Shown: positions 49,966 to 63,190 of the stretch, piece by piece
Numbering within the stretch: position 1 is the stretch's first letter
How the letters are laid out: every line of letters starts with the position of its first letter
Source of the DNA: Chiloscyllium plagiosum
Lineage: Eukaryota
Assembly: GCF_004010195.1 (NCBI RefSeq)
Contig: NC_057719.1
Location: 92,560,037-92,624,036 of the forward strand
Direction of reading: 5' to 3'
Length of the DNA: 64,000 nucleotides
Notes under the pieces: model-generated
What the model saw: only the letters and a program-made list of their open reading frames with translations
What the model was told of the DNA's origin: nothing
The model's database searches: none
Position numbers and translations under genes: made by a program

Positions 49966-50582
49966 ATTCTACAGAGCGTTCATTGAGAGTGCACTGAGCA
50001 GCTGCATCACTGAATCATTCAGAAATGGCACCGCCTTGGATCGTTAAGCACAAGAACACATAGTGAGGACAGCTGAGGAAATTATTGGGGCCTCTCTTCC
50101 CTCCATTATAGATAATTACACCACACACTGCATCTGCAAATTTACAAGCATTGTGGAAGACCCTACACGTTCCTAACTCAAACTCTTTTCCTTCCTGCCA
50201 TCTGGCAGAAGATACCAGTGCATTCGGTCTCTCATGTGCAACTGTTTCTTCCGCCAAGCCATCAGGCTCCTTAACGCTGTATGATTACGCTCTATTCCAT
50301 TTTAAATTCTTTGCACGACTTTGAATCCTGCTAGAAAAGTATTTTATAAATAATAATTCTTTTATCACACTGTAATTTGTGCACCACTGTGCCTATTGTC
50401 TTGACATGTGAGGAATTACTATGCTACCTTACGTATTTTGCACTTGTTATGCTCTTTATGCCGCACTGTATATGATTGTGCAGTTTGTGCTGTCCATGTA
50501 GCACCTTGGTCCTGGAAGAATGCTATTTTACTATGTCAGTTATATATTGTAGAAACGGCAAATAAAGCTACTCTTGACTCTT
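49966..50582 (+). mobile_element. Rex1/Babar-like LINE 3' end
   Basis: FYRAFIESALSSCIT..HIVRTAE..SFLPSGRRY; AATAAA and (actctt)n-like tail. Confidence 0.75.
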
Positions 50583-51258
50583 AGTCTTGGTGTTGTAAGG
50601 TGTCTGTATCACTAATCCATCTAGCAGCGACGCTAACCTTGCCTTGGTTACGGAGATGTCTTTGGATGTAATTATAGTACAGTCACATCAAAGGAGATCA
50701 TAATCTCGACTTCATTTATTCTGGTGTTCTTGATGATGTTGATGAATTCTTGAGTAGAGTGGATAGAATGATTAAGCTGCTTGCCACGTGTTTCAGTCTC
50801 CATTGCAGTTATTTTTCTTGTATTCTGTGTCGTTGAACTCAGAAGTGAAACGCTGGGTCTGAGGGAGACCTCTGGTTTCTGTGCCTTGGGGAATCAACAG
50901 AAGTAGGGTATGCTGGATCCCTCTGCATTCATGATTTGGTAATCAATCTTGCTAATTTCACCTGTCTTGTGTCGATATTTCACAGCTGACACACACCAAG
51001 AAGACACAACGCATCTGGATACACTGGTTACCCTGCATCAACAACATATCAGAAATGACCAACAGACTCCTCCAACCCCTTGGTACCATGATAGCCCACA
51101 AACCAATAACTATGTTACGACAGCTACTGATGAGTATAAAGGATCTAATTCCCCCTACTAACAGAGGAGAAAGTGAGGTCTGCAGATGCTGGAGATCAAA
51201 GTTGAAACTTTATTGCTGGAACAGCACAGCAGGTCAGGCAGCATCCAGGGAACAGGAG

Positions 51259-51294
51259 ATTCGACGTTTCGGGCACAGGCCCTTCTTCAGGAAT
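51259..51294 (-). ncRNA. Minimal type I hammerhead motif
   Basis: ATTC-CTGAAGA-A-GGGC-CTGT-GCCC-GAAAC-GTC-GAAT on the minus strand. Confidence 0.82.
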
Positions 51295-51509
51295 GAGCAG
51301 AGAGTGTTCAGCAGGAGAAGATAAAAGGTAGGGAGGAGGGACTTGGAGGAGGGGAGTTGGAAATGTCTTCTTCTTGACCTCTCCGCCTCCATCCTACTCC
51401 CACCTATCACCCTCACCTTGACCTCTTTCCACCTATCACATTTCCAACGCCCCTCCTCCAAGTCCCTCCTCCCTACCTTTTATCTTCTCCTGCTGAACAC
51501 TCTCTGCTC

Positions 51510-51545
51510 ATTCCTGAAGAAGGGCCTGTGCCCGAAACGTCGAAT
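51510..51545 (+). ncRNA. Minimal type I hammerhead motif (predicted cleavage after C51541)
   Basis: ATTC-CTGAAGA-A-GGGC-CTGT-GCCC-GAAAC-GTC-GAAT; perfect stem I (ATTC/GAAT) and stem II. Confidence 0.85.
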
Positions 51546-53015
51546 CTCCTGTTCCCTGGATGCTGCCTGACCTGCTGTGCTGTTCCAGCAATAAAGTTTC
51601 AACTTTGATATCCAAATGAATCCAACAAGAACTGGACCAAGCATATGTGGTACTCATAATCTTCTTCATCCTAAGTATACGCATGATTTTACTACAACTG
51701 CTAAGTATTTCATCAGTAATATTTTCAGCAACATAACACAAAACATCGCAGATAAGAAAAACTGCAGCATATTAACATGCCAAATTTCCCCTAAAGTAAA
51801 TGCATTAAAATTCCATCAAATTTGACAATATTGTTATGTATTTGGCTTTAAGGGGTTAACACGTAGGGGGTTCCATACAACAGCCAAGCAGGGTGAGATC
51901 AATAGTTGTGATGTTGAGAAGATATGCTCTTCTTCATTAGGGTAAATAAAACCACAGAAAGTAGACAAAATCAAACACAAAATATTGCTGAGGAAAGGAG
52001 TGAACAAAGACAGAAATGGGAACTATTTAAATGTAAATCTATGATTCGCTCCAGTAATAATATCTAACAATATTCAATATCTAGGATCATACCAAAAGAG
52101 TACTTTGAAGTATTAAAGGGATTTTCTGCTATCTAGTGATCTCTGAGGCATGAAGTTTCCCTTTCTTGATATGTGCAAGATCAAGACAAACACTAGGCAT
52201 ACAGTAACAGTGATATCACCGCAGGGAGTTGGCAGCCAATTACACTGAAGTATTCTCAAACAGCAAATCAGAAAGTAAAATGCAGTAAAATCTTCTACTC
52301 AATTAAAATTTCCACAGAGTAAATACAAATCATCAGTGATACACATGGGATTAAAGTAGCTGAAATATCATAACTTTTTTTTAAATTTGAAAAAAACATT
52401 ATTGCCATAATAATGGCAAAAAAGCATCCCAGTGATATAACATTAGATTTCTATGAGTAACTATTGAGTTATTAAAATTAAATTGCATTTATATAGTAAC
52501 TGTTATGGCCACAGAAAGATCCAAAATGCTTTACAGCCAATAAAGTACTTTGGAAGTACAGTCAGTGTTGACACATAGCAGGCAATTTACATGTAGCAAG
52601 CTCCCACAAAAAGAAATGCTGTACTAATTATTGAAAAAATATTGACTATGACACCTGGAACAACTTTCTCATCAGTGGTGAGGTTCTGGAACCCACGAGT
52701 TCAAAGGGTAATACAGGCAAAAACCATAATCACATTAAAACATGCGGTGGAACAGTCAATGGGTTTAGGAATCAAAATTTGGAGAGTGGGATTAGTGTGA
52801 CGAGGTATTCATCGACTGGTATGGACATAATGTGCCAGACGACTACCTTCTGTGCATGAAATCTTACTGTGTTTTCTATGTATCTATAACTCTTATTAAA
52901 AATAGTGCCATTGGCTCTTCTATGTCTACATTAGAGGACAGACAGGCCTTCACTTAGTAGGCTCTCGTCAAAAAGATAGCAGCTTAAATCTTCCAACTTC
53001 CCTCACTGGATTGGA

Positions 53016-53360
53016 ATGTGTTGCTGGAAAAGCGCAGCAGGTCAGGCAGCATCCAGGGAACAGGAGAATCGACGTTTCGGGCATAAACCCTTCTTCAGGA
53101 ATGAGGAAAGTTTGTCCAGCAGGCTAAGATAAAAGGTAGGGAGGAGGGACTTGGGGGAGGGGCGTCGGAAATGTGATAGGTGGAAAGAGGTCAAGGTGAG
53201 GGTGATAGGCCAGACTGGGGTGGGGGCGGAGAGGTCGGGAAGAAGATTGCAGGTTAGGAAGGCGGTGCTGAGTTCGATGGATTTGACTGAGACAAGGTGG
53301 GAGGAGGGGAAATGAAATTTTCAGCTCTGATCTCCAGCATCTGCAGACCTCACTTTCTCC
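53016..53360 (-). mobile_element. Penelope terminal-repeat copy of the other subfamily, with hammerhead (53067-53102) and an inverted terminal ~43 nt
   Basis: Matches 8168-8458. The segment 53318-53360 is the reverse complement of the usual GGAGAAAGTGAGG.. end. Confidence 0.85.
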
Positions 53361-53942
53361 TAGCCATAGTGAAGCCACACAGTGTCTAACTCAATGACTC
53401 GTCTCTGGTAAATACGAACGTTGTTGATCTCCTCTTGTGTTGAAATCAGAAACAGACATGAAGGTGACAATTGGAAGCCACCCACCCTGCACTGAGACTG
53501 AAGCCAGCCGTCTCTGGTTTGATGTTTTCAAGAAAGACCTTTATATCTGCGATGGGAAGATTTGGGTGTCAATCTTACAAGGTAATGCAACAATATCATT
53601 AAGGTAGAGATGGATTGTTTGTAGTGCCACCCCTCAGTGAAGTTGTTAATGAATAAATAGAATACATAAAGAAAGAAAGTCACATTTGTATGAACCTCAG
53701 CAAGGCTCATTACGGTCAATGAAATTTTTTTTACTCAGCCAATGAAACAGGGCACAATAAGCTCCCACAAACAGCAATATGATAGTTGCCAAGTGACCTG
53801 CTTTTGCAATGTTGATTGGTCAGGACTCCAGGGTTAACTCCCTTACTATCTTGACCTCTTTCCACCTATCACATTTCCAACGCCCCTCCTCCAAGTCCCT
53901 CCTCTCTACTTTTTATCTTCTCCTGCTGAACACTCTCTGCTC

Positions 53943-53978
53943 ATTCCTGAAGAAGGGCCTGTGCCCGAAACGTCGAAT
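53943..53978 (+). ncRNA. Minimal type I hammerhead motif (predicted cleavage after C53974)
   Basis: Identical to 51510-51545. Confidence 0.85.
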
Positions 53979-54599
53979 CTCCTGTTCCCTGGATGCTGCC
54001 TGACCTGCTGTGCTGTTCCAGCAATAAAGTTTCAACCCCTACTAACAGAACCAATATTACAAAATCCCATGTGAAGACTGCCAGAAATATTACATCGGGC
54101 AAACCAGAAGAAAACTAGCCATCAGGGTATATGAACAAGAACTAGCCGACAAAAGACATGATCAGCTATCACTTGTGTCCATACACACAGCCAAAGAAGG
54201 GCACTAATTCGACTGGGTCAATGTATCCATCCTTAGGACAAGTGAAACAAAGCCATACACGGGAATTCCAGGAGGACTCGCACTCAACCCCGAACTCAGT
54301 TAACAATGTGTAGAGGTAGGCCCCACATGCCAACGAGTATGAAACAAAGTCGGAAATGATACTGGCCAATCAGCAAACTGGAACACATAAATAGCAAGCG
54401 GCACAGAACACAAGTGTTTCACCGGACGTGCACTGATGTTATCCAGTATGGCGATAAAATATCTGCAAACAAACCTACCAGTTCAACAAACAAGTCAGCG
54501 ACCTCAGTATGAAAGTTGTTTATGAAGAGCAATGTTGTGATAAGTGGAGACAAACTGCAAAATATTCATCCAGATTATGTTTGCTTTTGTCAATGTAAA

Positions 54600-55740
54600 G
54601 GATCCTTATCAATATAGCACATTTATTCTCAAACTTACATTCCTGTCCTGGGTCTGCTGCAATGCTCCAATAAAGCACACTGGAAGTTTAAGGAACAACA
54701 TCCGACATTCCATTTAAGCCTTTCACATACTTGAGATATCAACACTGAATTTAAAAAAAACTTCAAAAAAATCGGATCATGTCTGTTCTCCATTTTTCAT
54801 AAATTTGATGTCCTCGTCCAACCCAAGGAACTTTGAGACATTTGCAACAACAACAAAAAAACTGATGTTGATGAAAAAAAGCTCAGCAGGTGTGGCAGCA
54901 TCTGTTGAGAGAAATAACAGTTGGCGTTTTGGGTCCATTGCCCCTTCTTCAAAACAGATGTTAGCCGAGAAAATGATCGCATGAATGCAAAGTTAGCGAG
55001 GTGGAAGAGTAAACAGTAGGTGGAAATTATTTCCAAAGACAGTGAAGAAAAAGAAATGTGCAAACAAAGAAGTGGATAAGGGGCCACTTAGGAGAATGAA
55101 TAGCTGCTAATCGAGACTACTGCTCGCTTACAAAGAATTGTGTGTGGTCACAGCCCGTGTGATGATAAGACCTCGTGTATCAGGGTGGGAAAAAGACTTG
55201 GGGGAACTGTACTCAAGTCTTAAAATTATTGAACTCGATATGAAGTCCAGAAGACTGCAGAGTTCCTTCGTGGAAAATGAAGTGCTGCATCCCAGCTTGT
55301 ACTGAACTTCGCTGGAACACTGCATTCAGCCTCAGACAGAGATGTTGGCTAGGTGTCAGGGTGATATGTTGAAGTGTCAGGTAGGTGGACAGAACGTAAG
55401 TGTTCTGCAAAGTGGTCACAGTATGTTTCCCAATGTAGAGGAAACAATATTGAGCAGTGAACACAGTAGCGTGGAATTTCAGACAAAATGTTTTTTTTTC
55501 ATCTGGAATATGTGTTTTGGGGCTTGGATATTGAGGAGGGAGGAAGTAAATGGGCAGTCATTGCACCTTCTGTAGTTGCAATGGAAGGTGCCGTACGGCT
55601 GTTGGGACTTGTCGGAAGTGAAGGAGGAGTGGATCTAAATATCCCAGAGGAACAGTGTTTGGTAGTGGCATACCGCTGGACGTAGTCGCAGCTAATGATC
55701 TCATTGATATGAATGCTGGGGGGAGATGTTTGTAATATTT
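54600..55740. mobile_element. Old Neptune-type Penelope remnants
   Basis: Minus-strand terminal repeat with decayed hammerhead (TTGAAGAAGGGGCAATGGACCCAAAACGCC, ~54921-54952) and LYIG motif at ~55430. Plus-strand GIY-YIG C-terminal remnant at 54600-54760. Confidence 0.6.
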
Positions 55741-55974
55741 GTCTCTTGCTTATCTTGCACGAGAACACATCGTCCCTTTTCACAATTTAATTTTCACTCA
55801 TTTTACATTTTTTTTCTTTTGCCGGTTGTGAAGTTGAAAGCATGTACTGACCCTTGAAGAGACAGCGAATGCTATTTTACACGGAGAACTTACACGAACC
55901 TGGCATATGATGAGCTAGCAGTCTCAGAGTATATTGGAAAATTGAAAGTATAACTTTTGGCTGTGCAACAGATA

Positions 55975-57150
55975 CCTGCGTTTTGGTTGCAATTTTGACA
56001 GGTGAAATTGTGAGATAAACTAAGAGGAAAAACGAAGGATACATCAGTTGTAGGTGACTGAAGGCAGACTAAGTTTTGGAAGAATATCGGGAATGTTTGG
56101 ACCAATAAGAAACGTGGACTTAAGTGGGCTAAAAGGGCTAATTAAATATCTTTAGCAAAAATGGTTAGGGAAAATCCCAAAGCCTGTTATTCATACATAA
56201 GGAGCAAGTGGGTAACTAAAGAAAGGAATAGCCCTCTCAAGAACAAAGGAGGAAAGTTCTGCATGGTGTCAGATAAAATGAGTGAGATCCTTAATGAACA
56301 CTTTGCATCGGTATTCACCAAGAAGAGGGACATGACGGATGTTGAAGTTAGTGATAGATATTTGATTACTTTGGGACAAGTCAGCATAAGGAGGGAGGAA
56401 GTGTAGGGTATTTTAAAGGGCAGGAAGGGGAACAAGTCATCAGGTCTGGAAATATGTATCTCAGGTTAACGAGGCAGGCGAGAAAGGAAATAGCTGGAGA
56501 CTTAACAGATATCTTTGCAAGGAAATAGCTGGAGACTTAACAGATATCTTTGCAGCATCCTAAAACATGGTTGAAGTCCCGGAGGACTGGACAACCGCTA
56601 ATGTTGTTCCCTTGTTTAAGAAGGGAAGCAGGAATAATCCAGGTAATTATAGACCGGTGAGCCTGCCATCAGTCGTAGACGAACTGCTGGAGAAGATACT
56701 GAGCGAAAGGGTCTATTCCCATTTGGAAGAAATTGGGCTAATCAGTGATAGGAAACATGGTTTTGTGCAAGGAAGGTCATGTCTTGCCAACTAAATAGAA
56801 TATTTTGAGGCAGTTACAAAGTTGATTGATGAGGGAAGGGTGATAGATGTCATATACATGGACATCAGTAAGGCATTTGATAAGGTTCCCCATAGTAGGC
56901 TGATGGAGAAAGTGAATTTGCATGGGGTCCATATGGCCCTTCAGCCCTCAATGTTGAGCCGACATGTGGAACCAATCTGAAGCCCATCTATCCTACACTA
57001 TTCCATTTTTACCCATACGGTTATCCAATGACCATTTAAGTGCCCTTAAAGTTGACGAGTCAGTCACAGTTGCAGGCAGTGCGTTCCATGCCCCTACTAT
57101 CTCTGAGTTAAGAGACTACCTCTAACATCTGCCCTGTATCGATCTCCTTC
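55975..57150 (+). mobile_element. CR1 ORF2 middle fragment, followed by a minus-strand CR1 3' piece (56931-57150)
   Basis: ENPKACYSYIRSK; VPEDWTTANVVPLFKKG..NYRPVSL; HGFVQGRSCL. Confidence 0.85.
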
Positions 57151-58249
57151 AATGTAATCATCCGAAATATTATTTTACTTACTCAGCAGTCCCGTGGCCG
57201 CTCCTGCTCAGCATGCACTCTGTCGATTCATGAGGTATGTTTTAAAATCAGTGACTCACCTTCCCGTCACCCTCTCCCGCTCATACTGCTGCTAAGATAC
57301 AAAATGGAGAGCCCTAATATCCCCGGGGGGGCGGGTTTGGAGAGAAAGGAGGATTTGCTAATACTCTGGAGTAGTTTGAAAATAATTCAGCACGGGGATA
57401 GGAAGCTAAATTGTATTTCACTTTTAGTATTATAGAATAAGTTGATACTTTTTCTTTAAATAGTGGAACGTCTGAGTTCACTGCCATTCAGACATTAACA
57501 GATTGCGATGCAAGGTGAACTTCTCAGGATGTTTGGTTTAATTAGTAGAAGGTTTCACTGCTGTGTTGTAACACGCCACATTGATGGCCAGATTTATCTT
57601 TTTATCTGGCTCTCTGCAGTGATACCATCTGCCCTCATGCTGTTGACTCTGCCTCTCAAAACAAAACCCAGCATTTTCCATTAACTCCCATTAACTTTGA
57701 ATTCCGAAAAACAGTCAAATCAAAGTCCATTTCTTTTTCTACAGGTGCAGACAGACCGGTTGATTTTCTCCTGCTGCCTCTGATGGTGTTCGATTATTAT
57801 TCTGGAGATATGGATTTGGATCCACGTGTCGGAAGTTTAAATTCAAGAAAATATGTGGACTGAAAATCTGGACAAATTGCGACCATTTAATCATTGCCAC
57901 TTGTCGGGAAAGAAGCGGATCTGCTCCAATAAAATTATTTTTGGAGACAACACTGTTGTCGTTATTTGAGAGATCAGGCAGCATGTGTAGAGAGAAAGCG
58001 GATTTACTTGATTTATGCAGAGGGATCATTGGACGAGAGAAAAATAACTCTTGTTTCTCTCCACAGTTGCTGGCTGACCTGTTGAGATTTTCCACCAATT
58101 TCTGATTTTTGGCATACACAGCTAAGTTTGCTTTGTTTTGCCTTCCTTACAGTTATCTGGTCTACATGTGACTCCAAATTCTCAGCGATTTGCTGATTTA
58201 AATCTGAGATGAAGGTGCTCTTTTCTCTGCAGTTGACAAAAATACGCAG

Positions 58250-61030
58250 AACCTAATGAAAGGCAATTACTTGTAGTTATGATGTTGTGCCGTTACAGAT
58301 TCTTGCATATCACAGGGACTGGAATGGCTATTGAACTCTCCAGTGTTTAGATGTTTCAAAAGGAATGGTGGAGGGGGAGAGGTAAAAGAGATTGTGGAGT
58401 GGCGTTGCTATTCAGGGATAGTATCACAGCTACAGAAAGGGAAGTCATCGAGGAGGGTTTGTCTACAGAGTCAATATGGATGGAAGTCAGAAATGAGAAA
58501 GGAGCAGTCACTTAATTAGAAGTTCTGTACAGACCCCCCCCCCCCCTCCCCATAGCAACAGAGAGACGGAGGTGCAGATTGGGACGAAGATTTTGGAAAG
58601 GTGCAGAAGTATAGGTTTGTTATCATAGGCGACTTCAACTTCCCTAATATTGATTGGAAGCTACTCAGTTCAAATGGGTTAGATGAAGCAGGTTTTTGTC
58701 AGAGTTGTGTCCAGGAAGGATTCCTGATGCAATATGTGGGTAGGCAGACTTAAGGAGAGCCCATGTTGATTTTGGTGCTTGACAACAAAGAATGATCTCT
58801 CAGTTGGAGAACATTTCGGTGATAGTGAACTCAACTCCCTGACTTTTACTATACTCATGGAGAGTGATAGGAGCAGAAGGTATGGGAAAGTATTTCATTG
58901 GGAGGGGAGGAATTGCAATGCTATTAGGCAGGAAGTGGGGAGCCGAAGTTAGGAACTGTTGCAATCAAAGAAATACACAACAGAAATGTGGCGGTCGTTG
59001 TGCTGATAGTGCTGGATAGGTTTGTCCCACTGAGGCAAGGAAAGGATGGCAGGTTGAAAGAATATTGAGTGACAAGGGATGTGGAACATTTAATCAAGAG
59101 AAAGAAGGAAGCTTATTTAAGGTTGTGGAGTCTGGGGTCAGACAAAGCTTGAGAGGGTTACAAGGCTGCCAGGAAGGACCTGAAGAATGAACTTCAGAGA
59201 GCTGGAAGGGGGCATGAAAAGAACTTTAGTGGTCAGACTAAGGAAAACCCTAAGGCACTCTACACTTACGTGAGGAACAATAGAATGACCAGACTGAGCA
59301 TCGGGCTGATCAAGAATTGTGGAGGGGACTTGCGTCTGGAGTCTGGGGAAGTAGGGGTGGTTCTTAACGAATACTTTGTTTCAGTATTCACTACTGAGAG
59401 GGATCTTGATGTTTCTAAGGACATCGTGAAACAGACTGATATGCTAGAGTAAGTTAATGTTTGGAAGAAGGACATGCTGAAAATTGTGAAAAACATAAGG
59501 ATAGATAAATCCCCTGGGCCAGATGGGTTATACACTATGCCACTACAGGATATGAGGGAAGAGATTGCTGCAACTTTGGCGATGATCTTTCAATCGTCAC
59601 TGTCCACTGGAGTAGTGCCAGATGATTAGAGGGTGGCAAACGTTATTCCCTTGTTCAAAAAAGGGAATAGGGATATTCCTGAGAATTACAGAATAGGCAG
59701 TCTTACATCAGTGGTGGGCAAAGTTTTGGAGAGGATCCTGAGGGACAGGATTGATGATTATTTGGAAAACCATAGATTGATTAGAGCTGGACAGCATGGC
59801 TTGGTGAGGGGCAGGTCATGCCTCACAAATCTTAGTGATTTATTTGAAGATGTGATGAAGGTAGAGCAGTGGATGTGGTGTACATGGATTTTAGCAAGCT
59901 GTTTGATGTGGTTCCACATTCTAGGCTAGTTCAGAAAGTAAGGAGGCATGGGATACAGTGAAATCTGGCTGTCTGGAAAAAGAATTGACTAGCCTATAGG
60001 ATACAGAGGGTGGTATTAGATAGAAATGAATCAGCCTGGAGCTCAGTGATCAGTAGTATTCCACTGGGATCGGATCTGGGACCTCTGCTCTTTGTGACTT
60101 GGATGAAGAAGTGGATGGTTGGGTTAGTATGATTGCCGATGACACGAAGTTTGGTGGAGCTGTGGATAGTGTGCAGGGCTGTTGTAGGTTGCAACGGGAC
60201 ATTGACAGCATGCAGAATTGGGCTGCTAAGTGGGAGATGAATTTCAAACTGGAAAAATGTGAAGTCAGTCACTTTAGAAGGTCAAAGTTGAATGTCGAAT
60301 ACAGGCTTAAAGGCAAGATTTTTGGTAGTGTCAAGGTACATAGGAGTCTTGAGGTTCATGTTCATAGATCCCTCAAAGTTGACAACAAAGTTGGTAGGGT
60401 GCTAAGAAGGCGTTTTGTGTGTTGGCTTTCATCAGCAGGTGGATTAAGTTTGAGAGCCACAGGATATGCTACAGTTCCGTAGAGTCCTTTTAAGATCATG
60501 CGTGGAATATTATGTACAGTTCTGGCCACATCATTACAGGAAAGATATGGAAGCATTGAGCAGAGTGCAGAGGAGATTTACTAGGATGCTGCCTGGACTG
60601 AAGAGCATGTTTTATGAAGAAAGTTTGAGGAAGCAAGGAATTTTCTCACTGCAGTGAAGAAGGAAGAGAGGTGACTTGATAGAGGTGTAAAAGGTGTTGA
60701 CAGGCATAAATAGAATGGATAGACCCGAGCCCAAAGCGGAAATTTCTATCACGAGAGGGCATACGTTTAAGGTAATTGAAGGAAGGATTAGGGGAGATGT
60801 CAAAAGCAGGTTCTTTGCACAGAAAATAGAGGGTGTTTGGAATGCACTGTCAGCATTGATAGTAGGGTCAGGTACATTAGGGACATTTAAGTGACTCCTG
60901 GATCGGCACATGGAAAATAGTACAATTAAGTGTATGGAGGTTAGTCTGATCTTAGAGTAGGATAAAAGGCCAGCACAACATCAAGGGCCGAAGGGCCTGT
61001 ACTCTTCTTCCATACTGTTCTATGTTCCAT
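58250..61030 (+). mobile_element. Near full-length degenerate CR1 ORF2 with 3' UTR
   Basis: GDFNFPNIDW (APE), ANVIPLFKKG, ADDTK, VQFWPHHYRKD, RGHTFKV..FFAQK; tail ctgttctatgttccatg. Confidence 0.92.
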
Positions 61031-62354
61031 GAAAGTCTTTTATTTACACTCACTCGCTCTTACATGCTCTCGTTTTAGCTTGTAAGTCAGAGACTTTATC
61101 AGAGTTAGCTATCATTGTGCTGCGTCTCCCGCAGGCACATGATAAAAATCTGGACAGGAAAGATCGAATAACAAGGAAGATCGAATAACATGCCAACAGG
61201 TTCTGAGAAGCTAACTGGATCAACTGAGCGCACTTGGAAAGCACAGACCATCGAAGTGCCTTTGAAGTTTGTCTCTGCATTCATAACCTGGATCAGATAT
61301 GCTTTACGAAGAAAAGTCTTTGCATTTATGGGAGTTGGTTGAGGATGAGTGGGAAACATCTAAATAGAACACCCACAGAACAGGTGTAGCATGATGGTGG
61401 GATGGTGGTCATTGACTGTCGTTCAATCTAATAACTAGTAATATTTGCATTCATGAAATCTAAATGCTTGCTTCAATGTTCACATTTTCAACAATTTACT
61501 GATACTTTGAAGAGGTGAGATAAATTTTATGTGTTTGTTCTCATTCCTGTTCAGCACATTTTTCCCTTTCCTGGATTTTTGTAAAATAGAAAGAAAAGTG
61601 TGATATGGAATTAACAAAGTAAAGTTGCTATGACTTAACTTCTTTGTGCATCAGTGTTCAGTGAAGGTGATCTTTGGGAGACTTCATTTTGAATAAATTG
61701 GAAAACGTTACAATTACAGGACATTTATAACCGTGAAAGGAAAAAAAAGGCGTTCAGCTGTGCAGCGCTTGAGGAAAATTTAGGTACAATGAATGGATGG
61801 AGCAATTAACTGTAATCGTGTAGTAAAGTGACAAATTCAGGCTCAAAAAGACTTAATAAGGCTGATTTGGAATATCCTGATGATTTCTATTAAAGTGGAG
61901 AAATCATCAGTTCTCATAGAAATGTGTGGTTCAATAATACCGCAGAATAGTAATGTTGTTGCAGGGTGACCTATTTGCGATACATGCATTTCAAACAATG
62001 AGTTTTCTCCATAAAAGGGAAGAGTGAAAAGTAAGGTTGGATAGCTCCGGTAATAAATAATAACATTATATTTAATTAACAGTAGTAACTTAGCACTAAG
62101 AAAATATCCAGGGTTGAAAAAATGGAAAATAGAATTATGGTGGATATGGATGAAAGGCAATAGCAAATAAACAAATATGGCAGATCAAAGCCTATGGCTG
62201 TTGGGTTTGGAATTTATAGACAGAAATACCGAGGTTCAGAAACGTTTACATTGAGGGAAATGTAAATAGAGCCTGAAATGCATTTTTGTAACAAAGAAGA
62301 ACTTTCTCTGTCATGTGTAATGATTTCCAACGACATTAGTAAGTTTTTTCAATG

Positions 62355-63190
62355 ACAGGAAGGTTGGTGAAGTTTTGAGTAATGTGGTGGGCTATTGTCA
62401 GTTGCAAAGACATGTTGATAGAGCTGACCTAGTAGATGGCAGAAGGAGTTTAAAACGGAAAAGTGTGAAGTCATTCAATTTGGAAGGTCGAATTTGAATG
62501 CAGAATACGGGGTTAAAGGCAGGATTCTTGGCAGTGTGGAGGAACAGAGCGATCTTGGCGCTCATGTCCACAGAGCCCTCAAGTTGCTACCAAGGTTGAT
62601 AGGATTGTTAAGAAGGCACCCGGTGTGGTGGCTTTCATTAGCAGGAGGATTGACTTTGAGAGCCTCGAGGTTATGTTGCAGTTCTGATCACATTGTTATC
62701 GGAAAGATGTGGAAGCTTTCGAGAGGGTGCATTGGAGATTTACCAGGATGCTGCTTGTACTGGAGGGCATGTCCTATGCAGAAAGTTTGAGGGATCTAAG
62801 GCTTTTCTCACTGGAGCGAAGAAGGATGAGAGGTGACTTAATACAGGTGTACAATTTGTTGAGAGGCATAAATAGAATGGATAACCCGAGACTTTTTCCA
62901 AAAGCAGAAACGTCAATCACGAGGAGCCATAATTTTAAGGTCTTGCAGGCAGTTTTATGACTGATGTCAGAGGTAGGTTATTTACTCAGAGAGATTGGAA
63001 TACACTCCCACAGTGGTAGTAGAGTCAGAGACATTAGGGACATTTAAACGTTTGTTGGAAAGGCACATGAAAGTTATTCCAATGAAGTGTACGTAGATTA
63101 GTCTGATTTTGGAGTATGATAGAAGACTGGCACTACTTCAAGGGCCGAATGGCCTGTATTGTGTTACACTGTTCTATGTTCTTTATGTTC
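62355..63190 (+). mobile_element. CR1 3' fragment
   Basis: FTRMLLVLEGMSYAESLRDLRLFSLERRRMRGDLIQVY; tail ttctatgttctttatgttcta. Confidence 0.88.

Larger units (their letters stand above)
51166..54035. mobile_element. Composite insertion bounded by Penelope terminal repeats and carrying non-element cargo
   Basis: Perfect 14-bp direct repeat CCCCTACTAACAGA at 51152-51165 and 54036-54049. The host element is contiguous across it. Confidence 0.85.
49050..54510. mobile_element. Old Poseidon-type Penelope element with inverted architecture, interrupted by later insertions
   Basis: Minus: terminal repeat 49050-49290, RT HYMDDSFI / THFIFNGQI 49314-49910, and PLRP..MISFDVT 50590-50990. Plus: 50995-51165 continuing at 54036 (YKIPCEDCQKYYIGQT) to the terminal repeat at 54430-54510. 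Confidence 0.8.

Noticed and set aside
57965..58110. Functional hammerheads in the old terminal-repeat copies (also ~10190-10300 and ~54921-54952)
   Set aside because: Catalytic core positions are mutated, so these are treated as relics only.
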